Of a stretch of 64,000 nt of DNA, positions 23,648 through 36,450 are shown one piece after another; the stretch's first letter is position 1, and each line of letters starts with the position of its first letter. Made by a program: the position numbers and the translations under genes. A model generated the notes under the pieces. The model was not told where the DNA came from and made no database searches. It saw nothing but the letters and a program-made list of their open reading frames with translations. This DNA comes from Penicillus capitatus (taxonomy: Eukaryota > Plantae > Chlorophyta). Location: positions 1,646,081-1,710,080 of the forward strand of contig OZ287696.1 in NCBI GenBank assembly GCA_965649825.1. The letters are read 5' to 3'.

Positions 23648-26376
23648 TCACAAGGCCGGTTCTGTCAAGAAGGCAGAGACCTTTGCATCACGCCGCCGTC
23701 GATTCAATAGAGTGCCGAGTTCTCTGTACTCATAGCCCACGTCCTTGACAACCATGAGCAGTTCCGCGAGATCTATATCTGAGATGTCTTCATTCCACGG
23801 AGGACGCGTGATCATCTTGACGAGAATCTTTGCAGAGCGTTTGTTTTCGTCGCCCAATCGACAGAGGCAGAGAGCGAGCTTAACCAAATAATGCACACGG
23901 CAGTGCTCCAGCAGAGAAGGCCGTTTGAGCGACTCGATGAGCGACTTGATGCCTTCGGAATCTTGCAGTCCCAACGAAATGAGACATTCCAGCGCAATGG
24001 CGCCGTCTTTAAGGGTCATATCGGCAAGTCTCTCCTCCCTGGTCATCTCTGCCAGACAATTGTTGATACGATGTTTCGCATCGCGGATATCGAAGACCAC
24101 GTGAAATCGGAGGAGACTTGGCAACGCTCGACACTCCAGCCGACGTAGAACAGACGGCTGGCAGAGATAAGCAACCAGAAACTCCACAGATTCCGATGCG
24201 ACAAAGGATGGCTTCAGAGACTGCAGGATCTGAAGCATCTGCGATGTGGTCAGCTGGGACAGCATTTCGTCTCGGTTGAGTCTCTGGCTCAGCATTGCAT
24301 AGACGTCCGGGTTTGGATACTCTAACGTTGCAAGCGACGTCAGAGCTTCCGCCGTCGTCCTGGGTTCCAGAGAGCTTGCCCGATCACTCAGCTCTCGGAC
24401 GAGAGGCTCGATGGCTTTGCTCGATGACATGCCAAGCTGAAAAATGCGTTTAAGATATGCGACCAGTTGATGATCTGTCATCCCTTGCAATCTCTTCTGT
24501 CGCGTGGCCTCCACCAGAATAGGGTTAATGAGCTTGTAATCACGTATCTCCAGTCGGACGTACTTCTCCAACATGGCCATGAGATTCTCTGTTGTCTTCT
24601 GTTTGTGTTGCTCTCGATCACTGCGCTTATGGAGAAACGGCTCCAGAAGGGTTCGGTCTCTGATCCCGAGTCCAGCCAGGGCAGCCAGTACATTGGATTT
24701 CGCCATGTCTGAGAAGTTCCCTTCCCGACTGCGTTCTGTCGCTGCTCTCAGGAGTATCTCGATTTTTTGAGCATTCTGATACTTCAGTCGACCGAGTGCC
24801 TGGATGATATTAGACAGTCCTTGATCATTGAGGGCCAAAAGACGATCCAATTTGCAGATCTCATTGAGAAAAGGCCCCGTAAACTGCGGCATTCGTAAGA
24901 AAGAGATCGAGTAGACAAGATTGGCAAGCGCCTGTTCGTTAAAGGCCGTGATCCTTTGTGGTTTGATGGCCTCTGTCAACAGCTGCGTGGCAAAAATCTT
25001 GAGGCTGTTGTACTCGACTCTGAGGAGTCCCAAAGCGTAGATCATATTTGAGAGCGCCTGTTCTGAAAAGGCACTCAGCCGCTCTGGCTTGGTACACTCC
25101 TCACTGAGGGCCACCAGAATCGGCACATCGTGAAATTTCACCAGACCAAAACTGTACACAATCAACGATAAGCCTTGCGAAGTGTACCGGGATAAACGCT
25201 TCTTCCGTACAGCTTCTCTGCCAAGGACCTGAAAGAGCGGTACCTTCTCGACATTTTTCGTCAGAGCGAAGCCGTAGATCACATTCGAAAGCTCCTGGTC
25301 TTTGAAGTTCATCAGAACGGCGGGGTTGGTGATGTAGGGCTCGAATGCCTCCAGATGCTTCTCTGGCTGAAGATCTCGGACGGCGATGGTGTGGATCAGA
25401 TTCGCCAGATCTTGGCCGTTGTATTTTTGCATTTTGAGCATCTCTGTGGTCTCCGATGCCAAACGGATCATGACATCTCGATAGGGAAACCCCATCGTTC
25501 CTAACCGTCTCAGTACATTGACGGAACTGAGGCGTGTAAACCTTTTGAGCCTCGACTCTTTCCGCAATTCGTCTGCCATCGTCACCCACTGATCCATCGT
25601 GCATTCATGCTTGAGTTCATCCAGGGCGAGCAAGAAAATTGAGAACTCGTCTTCCGTGAGCTTGGCCAGTACATCTGGACGGAAGAAGACATCGATCAGC
25701 TGAGCGATCACATCTTTGGCCTCGGCGTCGCCCAGAAACACAAAAGCATGCAGACAGGTGATCAAGGATCTCGGTCCGGACTGTGCGATCCTATTTGGCA
25801 GTCGCAATTCTCCGACAGCCAATTTCAAGAGTTCTGAGAAAAGCTCGTCGGGAATGATCTGCTCTTTTCTGTCTCCACTTTGACGCCGCACTTGGCCAAG
25901 ACAGTACAGCAGCAAGGCGAGTTCACGGTGATCAAAGCTTTTGATACTGCACATAGTATTCTCAGTGATGCCCTTGGCGATGGCAGTAAAGAGTTTGGGA
26001 TCGAAGAAGTTGAGCTTGATGCAGGAATGCAAGATATCCGGCGCATTGCTTGGGAGGATCTGATCCATGTTATGCAGAATGAGATCACGGATCTCGGAGA
26101 GAAAGGAGAGCGGAGCAGGAGTGGGTTGTCGCTTCAGCACGTTCATAGCATCCGTCAGTTCGCGCATTCGGATGTCGGATTTGAGCAGGTGAAGGGCGGA
26201 ACGGATCTTTTCCCACGGACCAAGATAGCGAAAATCGACACGAGACGGCGCGCCGATACTGCCTTTCGACAACTGCACGTCGCTAGTCGTCGAGACATCC
26301 GATGCGCACCGGCAGAGAGCTAGAGACATGCATCCTCGTGCCCGAGAGAGCCTCGTCCAACAGACCCTGGAAAGCA
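23648..26376 (-). CDS. OPR-like helical-repeat protein (organellar RNA binding predicted), intronless
   Basis: ~38-43-aa repeats such as FKDQELSNVIYGFA, FSEQALSNMIYALG, FNEQALANLVYSIS, LNDQGLSNIIQALG; mitochondrial-like presequence MLSRVCWTRLSRARG. Confidence 0.75.
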
Positions 26377-26688
26377 TGTTTGAGATAACGGTGCGCGCAC
26401 CGACATGCACTGGACGACATATGGGTGTATGGCCTGGGATGCTCCGGATGAAAGTCGGAGCCAGTCCTTCATCCTAGCACATCGATTTCTCACTCTTTTT
26501 ACACGTGCCTCATTGAATGAGAACAAAGATCTTCTCGGGCAATACAGTCAAGACAAGACATGTCCTGGACTGGTCCAAAATTGGACAGTAAACACAGGAG
26601 ATAGTTAACAGTCATGAATCAAGACACTTTCGTCGAACAAGAGTGAGATCTCAAAAAACAACAAAGAAGAATTAGAGCTACGATCGGC

Positions 26689-28943
26689 TCAGGTCAGACG
26701 ACGACTGAGGCCAAGCGTCGTAAAGAATCCAGCTTCCTTGTCGCTCTCCTTTTCATCGTAGAGAGGCTTCGATGCCATTCGTTCTTTGCCATGGGTCTTG
26801 ATTTTAATTTTCCTGCGCTGGTATGCCTGCAATGGACGGAACCGCTTCAACGGAGAGGGGTGCACACAGAAGGTGCTACTTGTCGCGTCTTCCACCAGGC
26901 AATGGTGTAGGAAGCGTCTCGTGATGGACGTGGGGTGCGTGTCTCGCCCAGTTCTTCCGTCAACTGTTTCTCTGTGAGTCCGCCAACTCTCCGAGTCCCG
27001 GGCACCACCTGATCCTTGTTGAGCTCCTTAAGTACTGGAGCTGTCACTTCATCGATGTTCTTGCCCAAATCCTCAAGGAAGGCAGAACTGGGACCACCAC
27101 CGCCCACAAACAATCTGCATCAGCGGACTTGGATTTATAAGCGAAGGAGTGAAGGGGTCGTGTGCCTGTGGCGCAGAGCTTTGGCAGCAGATGGCCTCTT
27201 TTTCGGATCAAAATCGAGGAGACTCTTGACAAGGTTCCATCCAGCACCGTCTTCCATATCCAGCACTTGAAAACCCTCTTTGAAATCTTTTCCATTCGAT
27301 TTCTCCACAATGGCCCTCCATTTCGCCAAATCGTAATTCAGAGATTCGAATTTCCTGCGCCAGACAAGGGAAGCGTCAAAGCGAAGCCTGGATGCATCGA
27401 ACCTGTTGAATGCAATGAGATTGTTATCGGATCTGAGTTTCGGAAAGATCATTTGAAGCATGATCATCCCTGCACTGAACATATCAAATCGGTCCGGTTT
27501 TTCCAGATACCACAGAATGGGCGATAGCAGCGCCGCCAAAGGAGCCGCCGGTGCTCGAGGCGTCTGCGTCGACATGATATAATTCTGAGGAGGTGCATAA
27601 CGCGGATCCAAGAGAAATTCGTTCGGGACATAGTTGATGCCGATTCTCAGATCGGCCGCCGCTCCCAGATCAATAAACTTAATATGCTGTTCCCTCTCCG
27701 AGATGATGCAGTTCTGCGGTTTCACATCGCGATGCACGATCCCGACAGAGTGACAGATATCCAGTGCCTCCAGTATCTGCTGCATGGCTGTCTTGATAGA
27801 AACGAGTCTTCTATACGGACCCTTCGGGATCGACAGCTCTCGGCCAAGAATGTACTTCTCCATGTTGTACGGAAACTCCTTCTGTTGAAGAAGATCGTTC
27901 AGTGTGTAGTCGCCTTCATATTTCCACACGAGCCATAGAGGCGGATCGCCTTGGTGGTAATCCACCCCACTCGTATCTCCACTGTACATTAAACTCGTCT
28001 TCTCGCCCTTCCAGTACTGCGAGGTCTCGGAATCTGCGAAGAAAAATGTATGGTCGGTTGGAAGGGTGGTGGTTTATGGCAGAGTGCCTTCTTCGAAGGC
28101 AGTGATGAAGTGTGCACAGCATCGTTTGGGAAGACGCATGAGACGTTCGTTCATCCACACCTCTGCCTCTCCAAATTCTTTGGCCTGTTGGTATGGATGG
28201 ACATCGTCTTTGTGGGGGAGAGAGATGGAAATCTACTTTCTTCACGACGGCCTCCATCGATGTCCCGTATTCTGTAATCAGATCTGCCTTGTAGACCATA
28301 CCGAAACCACCGCCCCCCAGTTTCTTGCCAAGTGTCAAATCATCCTGCGGAGGCGCAGATGCATTCTTATCCAATGACGAGGCTGATGGCTGTGTCACTT
28401 TATTATAGATTTTGGCATTCTGTCGCTGGAGAGCAGCCAGCAAATAGAAATCGATCACACCTGGCAATACCCCTGAACACACTTAGTGTCACACTTGAGA
28501 TGATGGAGACAGCAAGAGTGACCAGGTGTCGCAAACAAGTAACAGAGAGCAGCCGCAATGAGGCACAGACCGAGAGGGGCGATACCATGATGTTCCATTC
28601 TTAGTGAAGGATCTAAAGTACTGCAGCAACACAGAAAGCTTCACGAAGCAGGCCGTCCCTTTAACAGATGTTCTGAGCACCTTCTGTAAATCATATCGCC
28701 GCAGATCACGCTCGAACATGGAAGTGTGACGCTCTCATAGGCAAAGTGTAAACCATTGACCAGTTCTGTGCCATGCGTCTGAAGGAAGGACCCGAACATA
28801 TCGTGACCAACGGCGTGGTGTCGCGTCAAACATCGGACGCCCTTCAGTCCAGTTGGCGAAAGCAACGTCTGCTGGGAGCAGGGTATGAAACGTCCTTGCA
28901 CGACATCTCCTGTTCTCCCTGCAAGACCCAGATGAAAACGCAT
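26689..28943 (-). CDS. STT7: State-transition thylakoid kinase STT7/STN7
   Basis: Lumenal [14 protein letters not shown] Cys pair, TM ..[63 protein letters not shown]. Confidence 0.95.
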
Positions 28944-29062
28944 GATCGTAACGCAACAACACGGCAGTCAACGTACGACAGGAAAGATGCTATATGTATG
29001 ATGTGACAGCATGATGAAACGACGTCTGCCGCCGCTCTTTCTGTTGACGACTGTCGAGCCAG

Positions 29063-30963
29063 ATGTCTGGCGCTCCTCTATTGCAAGAAGGCGCTTCGGA
29101 AGAGAAGGGCGAAAATGCCCGACTCGTAATGCATTTCTCTGCCGCGACCTTGGTGCTGTATGACTATCCAGGCGTCATTTATCGGAGCGTTTGCCATTTC
29201 GGACATGATCAAGACCACACTCGGGCCAAAAGGAATGGTAGGGTGGCAGTGGAGATGTCCTCGAGACAGAGCTTCTCTTTGCGATGCAGGACAAGATTCT
29301 GCAGAGCACTGGACGCGGAGAATCGGTGACGGTGACCAACGATGGCGCGACGATACTGAAATCGATCTACGTCGACAATCCAGCCGCCAAAGTGCTCATC
29401 GACATCTCCAAGGTCCAGGACGATGAAGTGGGAGATGGAACCACATCGGTTGTGGTACTGGCCGGGGAGTTGCTCAAAGAGGCAGAACAGCTCGTCAATC
29501 AAAAAATCCATCCCATGACAATTATCGCCGGATTCCGTGCCGCCTGCGACGTGGCCAAAGGAGCACTGGAGGCAGCAACGTTTCAACATTCAGCTACATC
29601 TGGTGACCACAGATCATCCTTGATGCCACTGTGCGACGCACTGTGTGGCAGAGGCGTTCAAAGAAGATCTGTTGAATATTGCCAAGACAACATTGAGCTC
29701 CAAGATTTTGCAGCAGGACAAAGAGATTTTTGCACAGATTGCTGTGGACGCCATTCTGAGATTGAAGGGCTCTGGGAATCTGGAATCGATTCATCTGATT
29801 AAGAAACAGGGAGGATCGTTGAGAGAGTCTTTTTTGGATGACGGTTACATCCTAGACAAAAAAATCGGCATTGGACAGCCAACGCGCATGGAAAACGCAA
29901 AGATCTTGGTGGCCAACACGGCGATGGACACGGACAAAATCAAGATCTATGGAGCACGTGTCCGTGTGGATTCCATCGCAAAGGTGGGCGAGATTGAAAA
30001 AGCGGAAAGAGAAAAAATGAGAACAAAGTGTGAGAAGATCATCCAGCATGGCATCAACTGCTTCGTCAATCGCCAACTCATCTACAACTTTCCTGAAGAG
30101 ATCTTTGCAGATGCAGGCGTCTTGGCCATTGAACACGCCGATTTCGATGGTACATGGCCAGTCACATCGCTCACTCAATCTCACTCTTATCAATACATCT
30201 AGGAATCGAGAGACTGGCTCTGGTGACTGGAGGCGAAATCGCATCGACGTTTGACGACCCTGAACACCTCAAGTTGGGACACTGTGACCTGATTGAGGAG
30301 ATCATGATCGGAGAAGACAAGGTCATCAAGTTCTCGGGATGTGCCATGGGAGAAGCCTGTACCATCGTTCTCCGAGGTGCCAGCATGCACATCTTGGACG
30401 AAGCTGAAAGATCTCTCCACGATGCCCTCTGCGTTCTGCAACAGGTTTCTCCTGCACTCGACAATGCGCCAGAAATGCATTGGCGATGTCTAGACAGTAC
30501 AAGATGCGCGTGTCGTTTATGGAGGTGGCTATCCAGAAATGCGGATGGCACGCGAAGTCGATGCGCTGGCCATGATGACGCCGGGGAAGAAATCTCTGGC
30601 CATCAGTGCCTTTGCCAAGGCATTGAGATCCATCCCGACCATCATCTCAGACAATGCCGGACTGGATGCTACGGAAATCGTGTCCAATCTCCGCGCAGCA
30701 CATTCGGAGAAAGAGAGAGAAACGAGCGCTGCTCCTGGCATCGATGTGCTCACCGGAGCCGTGGGCGACATGAAAGCGCTCGGTATCTACGAATCCTTCA
30801 GAGTCAAGAACCAGGTCGGCGGCACCTATTCGCTATGTCATCCATCCACACGTCACATCATAACCGTGTCTAGGTCCTGTTGTCGGCCACCGAGGCAGCC
30901 GAGATGATACTCCGCGTCGACGAGATTATCAAGAGTGCCCCGAGGCCCAGAACAGAAGAATGA
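29063..30963 (+). CDS. CCT2: T-complex protein 1 subunit beta
   Basis: [62 protein letters not shown]. Confidence 0.97.
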
Positions 30964-31050
30964 TGGACAGACAGATGTCACATCAAAACTGTTGTTCTCT
31001 GCCTTGTTTCAAAAAAACTTCTTAACAGTGAGCCATGTTCCATCATCTCG

Positions 31051-31429
31051 TTACTGAGCATCTTCAGGCGGTTTCACATTTGGCGGCAGTTTGATGTTTT
31101 TCTCTTTCATCTGACGATAGAGCTCAGCATAGAAGGCGCGCTTCTCTTCAGGCATCTGGTCTTGTGCCTCCACCCGCTTCACAGCTTCAATATGCGTCGC
31201 CCTATGATACGAGCCGCGTCCAACCGTCCCACTGGCATTTCTACCCACTTTGCATAGAATCCTGTCTGAATCATGAAATACTCCACGCCCATGCCGAGCT
31301 ACGATCGATGATGCACACAGACTATGCGTTAGAACGATGCGTCGACCAGATGGCGGTATCTAGTACCACGAAGGAGCATACCGCAATTCTTGCGTAGAAG
31401 TTGAGCAGATCGTGGTGATGCGGCATCAT
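31051..31429 (-). CDS. 87-aa single-TM microprotein, SMIM4/UQCC5-like
   Basis: Exons 31429-31367, 31298-31249, 31201-31051 give MMPHHHDLLNFYARIAVCSFVLGMGVEYFMIQTGFYAKATHIEAVKR...; GxGxExFMIxTGFY recalls the SMIM4-like plant family. Confidence 0.65.
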
Positions 31430-31520
31430 TTGGACGTCGTCATCGCGTGTTGTTGATTTGCCGTTGTTCTCTCGTCTCCAGCGTCGAGGCCGCTGTCTCT
31501 GTTCGAGAAAGTGAATTTTC

Positions 31521-32649
31521 ATGGATCGCAGTGGTGTTTACGGTCCTCCTTTTCAGCCGCCTATGCAGAACCAATATGCCGCCTCGGGTCGTGGACAAGG
31601 TTTCTACCTCCATCAGCCGCAACTCGAGCGCAAGCGTTCGTCTGAAGAGCTGGAGGACATAACGCCAGTCGTAACGAAACGCCATTTGAGCGAAGCCGAG
31701 ACGGTGTTTCGTCTTCTGCTACCCGAGACGCGACTCCACGCCGTTATGAATGGCGCCGGGGATGTTCAGTTAGCCAACGGCTGTCAGCTGCGTCTCTGCG
31801 AGCGCGTACCGCATTGCGAGGAACGCGTGATCGTCATTTCGGCGAAAGACGAGCGAAAGGATGATGCGAATGTCGCGATGCAGGGACTGCTCGACTCGGT
31901 CCGGCGCGCATTGAGTGCTGAGCAGAGTGTACGCGAGGCTTCGCGTCAAACGGCGAATCCTCTGTACATGGTGCGCCTGCTCATCAACCGAACACAAGCA
32001 GGAGCCGTCATTGGAAAGGGAGGCAGTCTCAACAAAGACATTCGCGAACGCACTGGTGCATATTCGAAGATCTTGACAACAGAAGATATTCCCATATGCG
32101 CCCTACACAACGACAGAGTCGTGCAAGTGCGTCATCTCCATACATCTGCCAATCCTGTCATGTCATTGTCACTCTTTTTGAGATGTCTATGCCCCCAAGC
32201 ATGGATGTGATGTGACAGTTGTGATATGGGTGTAGGTGACTGGGTCCGTCGAGCAGGTGATGGCTGGAATGGAGATTATTGCACGGCAGTTGCGTGATAA
32301 TGTTCCCAAAGAGCGTCCGGGCGGCCCGCCGCCTTGCCTGTCAGTTTTGTCTGGATTCACACTGTACTATGCTCATGAAGCCCCGCCTTACATCCCTGCT
32401 ACAGACTACGGCCGACCCATCATTCTTCACAATGCATTACCGTCCACTTCATTTCAGATTCCGGTCTCTCCTGCGCCGAATCACATGTATGGACATCGGC
32501 CACCTCCCGCAGGATACGCTGCTCCGTTCACGCCTCCAGCTGGAGGACTGCGAATGTACAGTCAGCCTCCACTCATGTATCCATCGCCCCAGGGGCGTCC
32601 ACCTCCGTACAATGGAACGGGGGCTCATCCTTCCTACTACTACGGTTGA
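31521..32649 (+). CDS. KH-domain RNA-binding protein (FLK/PEP/hnRNP-E-like) with Pro/Tyr-rich tail
   Basis: VRLLINRTQAGAVIGKGGSLNKDIRERTGA..DRVVQVTG (canonical KH), preceded by a degenerate KH (FRLLLP..EERVIVISA). Confidence 0.85.
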
Positions 32650-32885
32650 GTGTAGAAAGCACTGTGCTGCAGTTTGTCATAGTTAATTGAGCTGAAGATG
32701 AGACGTGATGGGTGGAATGGATGGTTGAATGGTTGAATGGTTGGCTGATTGCTGGAAGGAATGCGAAGTTGTTCACCTAACTTTCGTGAGGTTGTTTGTT
32801 CATTGCTGATGATTGTTTCTTTCGCAACAAATTTGCTTCAAGCTGAATGCAGCGGGTGATTTTTAACGGAGCCTCCTCTTTGGGC

Positions 32886-34098
32886 TTATGGATTGGTAAT
32901 GTGATGTTTTTTACGTCTTTTGGGAACGGGATCCGAAGCTGTAGGGATTTCTAACCATGCCACTTCGCCTTTTTCAATCAGCTGCTTCAGATTCACTTCT
33001 TCTGCCTCCTCTGCATTCATTCTGACTCGCAACATTCTCAGTGAGTGACCTGCCTGCCTGTTTCGTAGAGGAGAGTTGCTGTCGCTTGGGAGGTGTTGAC
33101 AGACTGAACGAATCCGTTCCACCACTGATTATCATCTGGCCAAAAAACACTTAACCACGATCCCGTCAATCCCTCGGAAATGTCTTCAGATTTCAGTAAA
33201 CGTCGCTGTTTCCTGCGGGTCTTCTTGGCCTTTGTGACAATGACATGTGCTGCCTGAATGAACCAACAACCGTCTGACGACTTATGTCTATTCTCTAGCC
33301 ACGAAGTAGACATTACCTCTTCGACGGCAACGACATCGCCGACGCGATCTGGTGGTAGTTTCCCTACAAGCATCACCACCATAACGGCATCGCCCTCCGT
33401 ATCTCACACTTTTGTTTCAGGAACATGTGTGAGTGAGATCGATCACCTTTGATCTCTTTCAGTTTCTCAAGAGTGCTTTCCATCATCTCTCCAATGGCAT
33501 GCGCCTCTTTCTCTGTATCCATACCCATTTCCTCCTTTTCAGCATCCAATTGACGTATCGACTGCCGTGTCTTGTCTTGTTGCGCTTGCAAGGATTGCAG
33601 TTTCTGTTCAATGGTCTCGGACGCAACGGGTATACCCACTTGGTCTCCGCTGATCCCCATGTCACTCAACAGCGAATGCGAGATGCCCAGTGCATTGGCC
33701 TTGCGTGCTGCTTTCAGAACCTGCCGCTCGGCACTGACTCTGGCGTTGTTGGCATCTTCCTGCGCCGTTTTCATTCCTGTACCTCCAGAAGAGCCATTCC
33801 TATCCGTCATCTCACACACTTACCCTCCAAGATCATACCTTCAATGTTCACGGTATGTTTGCTTCGAGTTCTTCTCTTGTACAGAACGGGAATCTGAGGA
33901 GCCCATCTGCCGAGGCTGAGGTGACGTGGAGAATGGTACCAAGATTTGGGCCTCATCCGGTGAGTCCTGTGCATTGGATGCGGTAGCCCACAACTCTGCT
34001 ATCTCTTCAGCGCGTTGACAGTACAGCTCTGCGGCACGGGCGTCGTGCAAGTGCTCAGGTGTGCCTTCCTGGCAATAGCAGATTGCCAATCTACGCAT
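32886..34098 (-). CDS. Coiled-coil + C-terminal Tudor-like domain protein
   Basis: GSWLSVFWPDDNQWWNGFVQSV..LLYETGEAEEVNL resembles plant PDS5/PTM-type Tudor domains; upstream coiled coil. 5' exons uncertain. Confidence 0.55.
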
Positions 34099-34229
34099 CC
34101 ACGACGGCCATTCCGATCTCCTTATGGAATGGTGGCAGACCCTGTGAGCTCGCAGCCAATATGAAAAGGGCGCATTGTCGTCATGACGGCTATTGGTGTC
34201 GTACAGACATCCTCTAGCCTCATATCCGC

Positions 34230-35208
34230 ATGAACCTGTCTCGTCTTCTCGTTCTCGGGGCGATTGCTTGTGTGGCTATCGCTGTCGGTGTAACGCTCAT
34301 GGGAAAGGGCACTAGCGACTGGACCGTCCTGAAAACCATCTGGTTTGGACGTATCTCAGGGAAAACACATTCAGAACGCCTCGAGTCCTTCTACGCACCC
34401 CAAGCCGCATCCTATGATACCTTTAGAGATCGTTTCTTATGGGCTCGGGCACCTCTCCTTCGACAGCTCGGGAAAGAAATGGGAGACAGGAGGGGTCTCA
34501 TTTGGGTCGATCTGGGTGGCGGTACAGCATCCAATGTGGAGATGATGGATGCGATCCTGCCATTGGACCGCTTCGAAGCCATCTATGTCGTCGATCTCTG
34601 CCATTCCCTCTGTGAAGAGGCCAAGAAACGCGTTCTCAACAAAGGCAAGAAACGAATGTGTGAGACTGGATGTGTGAGAGAGTGGCGGCTGTCTTTTCAG
34701 GATGGAAGAATGTCTATATCATCGAACACGACGCCTGTACGTTCGTTCTGCCAGAGTCTTCTCCCCCTGCCCATCTTGTGACCTTCTCCTACGCCTTGAG
34801 CATGATCCCCAACTTCATCCAGGCAGTCGATCAGGCACAAATGATGATGGATCAGGATGGATGGTTGGGTGTCTGCGATTTCTATGTCTCTGCCAAGTAC
34901 GTCGTGTCAAAGTGTCCGATTGCGAAGCGTGATGGACACCGTGCAGATACGATGTCCCCGCACGACAGATGTCATGGTTTCGCCGTTTCTTCTGGCAGAT
35001 GACTTTCGATCTGGATGGCATTTCTTTGGGCCATGAACGGCGTCTCTATTTGGAGAGTCGTTTCGTGACGAAGTGGGAAGAGAATGGTCAAGGGTCCATT
35101 CCATACGTTCCCCTGCTGCGAGCGCCTTGGTATGCCTGGATTGGCAAGAGGGCATCGAACAGAGAAGAGGAAAAGCAATCGAGCGATCGAGTGCTCCTTC
35201 TCGAATAA
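34230..35208 (+). CDS. Betaine-lipid synthase BtaB-type SAM methyltransferase (N-terminal half of BTA1 only) with N-terminal signal-anchor
   Basis: HSERLESFYAPQAASYDTFRDRFLWAR, IWVDLGGGT, VVDLCHSLC, TFSYALSM, DFYVSAKYD, QGSIPYVPLLRAPWYAWIG closely match Chlamydomonas BTA1's N-half; TAA at 35208. Confidence 0.9.
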
Positions 35209-35235
35209 AAACAGATTATGTCTCCGCCGTAGCAG

Positions 35236-36289
35236 TTAGCAAATTTCTCGCCGTTGTCTGTATACAGAGATGGATCCGTAAAGAATTAAGAATACAGAGA
35301 TGATGAGGGCGACAATATCGTCCAACCACCACAGATCCGGGTCGAGGTCATAGACAACAGTCGACAACAGGATCCCTAAACGTATGAAACTTCTAATAAT
35401 CTGTGGCATGCATGAGAGGCAGACTTACCTACGGACAACAAAGAGACAGCAACGGAGGACACTCCGTCTTTGTACAGGGAAGGAGAATTCAGTTCTTTCT
35501 GCGCCAAACACAAAAGTGTTCGTTTGTGCAAGCGGTTTGATGAAGGGACGTACAGCAATTCTGAATTTCATGGATGCCAGGACAGCCAAGAAGACAGCAG
35601 AGACAGCAGAGATGACGAGCAGTACCTCCGCTACAGAACACACGAACTCTGAGCGATCGAGCTAGGGATGGATGACAGCCAGACCATCTTCTTCCCGTTC
35701 GTGGTGGACAATGTGGACAATGGCCTGGATGGCCACAAACAGGCCGATGAATACAAACTGTATCACACATTGCCCCGTGAGGACATGTATCGTTCGCATC
35801 TGAACCTCACGGTCAGTGCAATTCCGAAAGAAGCGCGTTGCTCTCTCTTGTTAAGAGCTGTCTGTTTCTGCGCACTGTTCTTGTCCGAACTCCAGAAACG
35901 CCACAGAACGAGCACGGAGCTCCAGACATCGACAAAAGATTCCAGACCATATCCCAAGAGTGAGACACTGAGAGCACAAACATAAATCTCTCTCATACCA
36001 GAGCAAAAGTGTGACCGACCTGTCTGTTATGACTGAGAGAACAATGCCAAGGATACCGCCCACGAGAGTAAAGGCGATCGATGCGTAGGATACTTGACGA
36101 GCACTACGAATCCAGGACTTCTGATCTGTATCGCCCAGAATAGGGACATCGTCATCTTCACGCGTCCCCTGCCTTCCCTGTCACATCCATGACCATGTCA
36201 CATAAGAGTGAGATGATAGGCAGCAACGAGAGTGCCTGCTCGACATCGAATGTCTCGATGCGCTTGGTCGGAACCGTCGTTCCATCCAT
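35236..36289 (-). CDS. TMEM163-like cation (Zn) efflux transporter
   Basis: SLLGYGLESFVDVWSSVLVLWRF, REQRASFGIA, LWWLDDIVALIISVFLILYG across 6 exons. Confidence 0.8.
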
Positions 36290-36450
36290 CTTCGTTTTTC
36301 GCTGTTTGAGTGTTCAGAGTCTCGGCCGCTACGAAGCGCACCAGACCGTCGAATCTTCCAAGAGATGTCTGCTGTAACGCTTTGATGTATCTGTCGTACA
36401 ACTGCGCTTGTCATACGAGCGCATCATTGAATACGGCAATTTGTGGGAGG

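Noticed and set aside
32710-32760. Short ATGGTTGA-type repeats
   Set aside because: Low-complexity 3' UTR/intergenic sequence; not telomeric and too short.
7043-35208. A phosphate-starvation gene cluster (SPX + BtaB + GPD2)
   Set aside because: The genes are 6-27 kb apart among unrelated housekeeping genes, and no P1BS was found upstream of BtaB.
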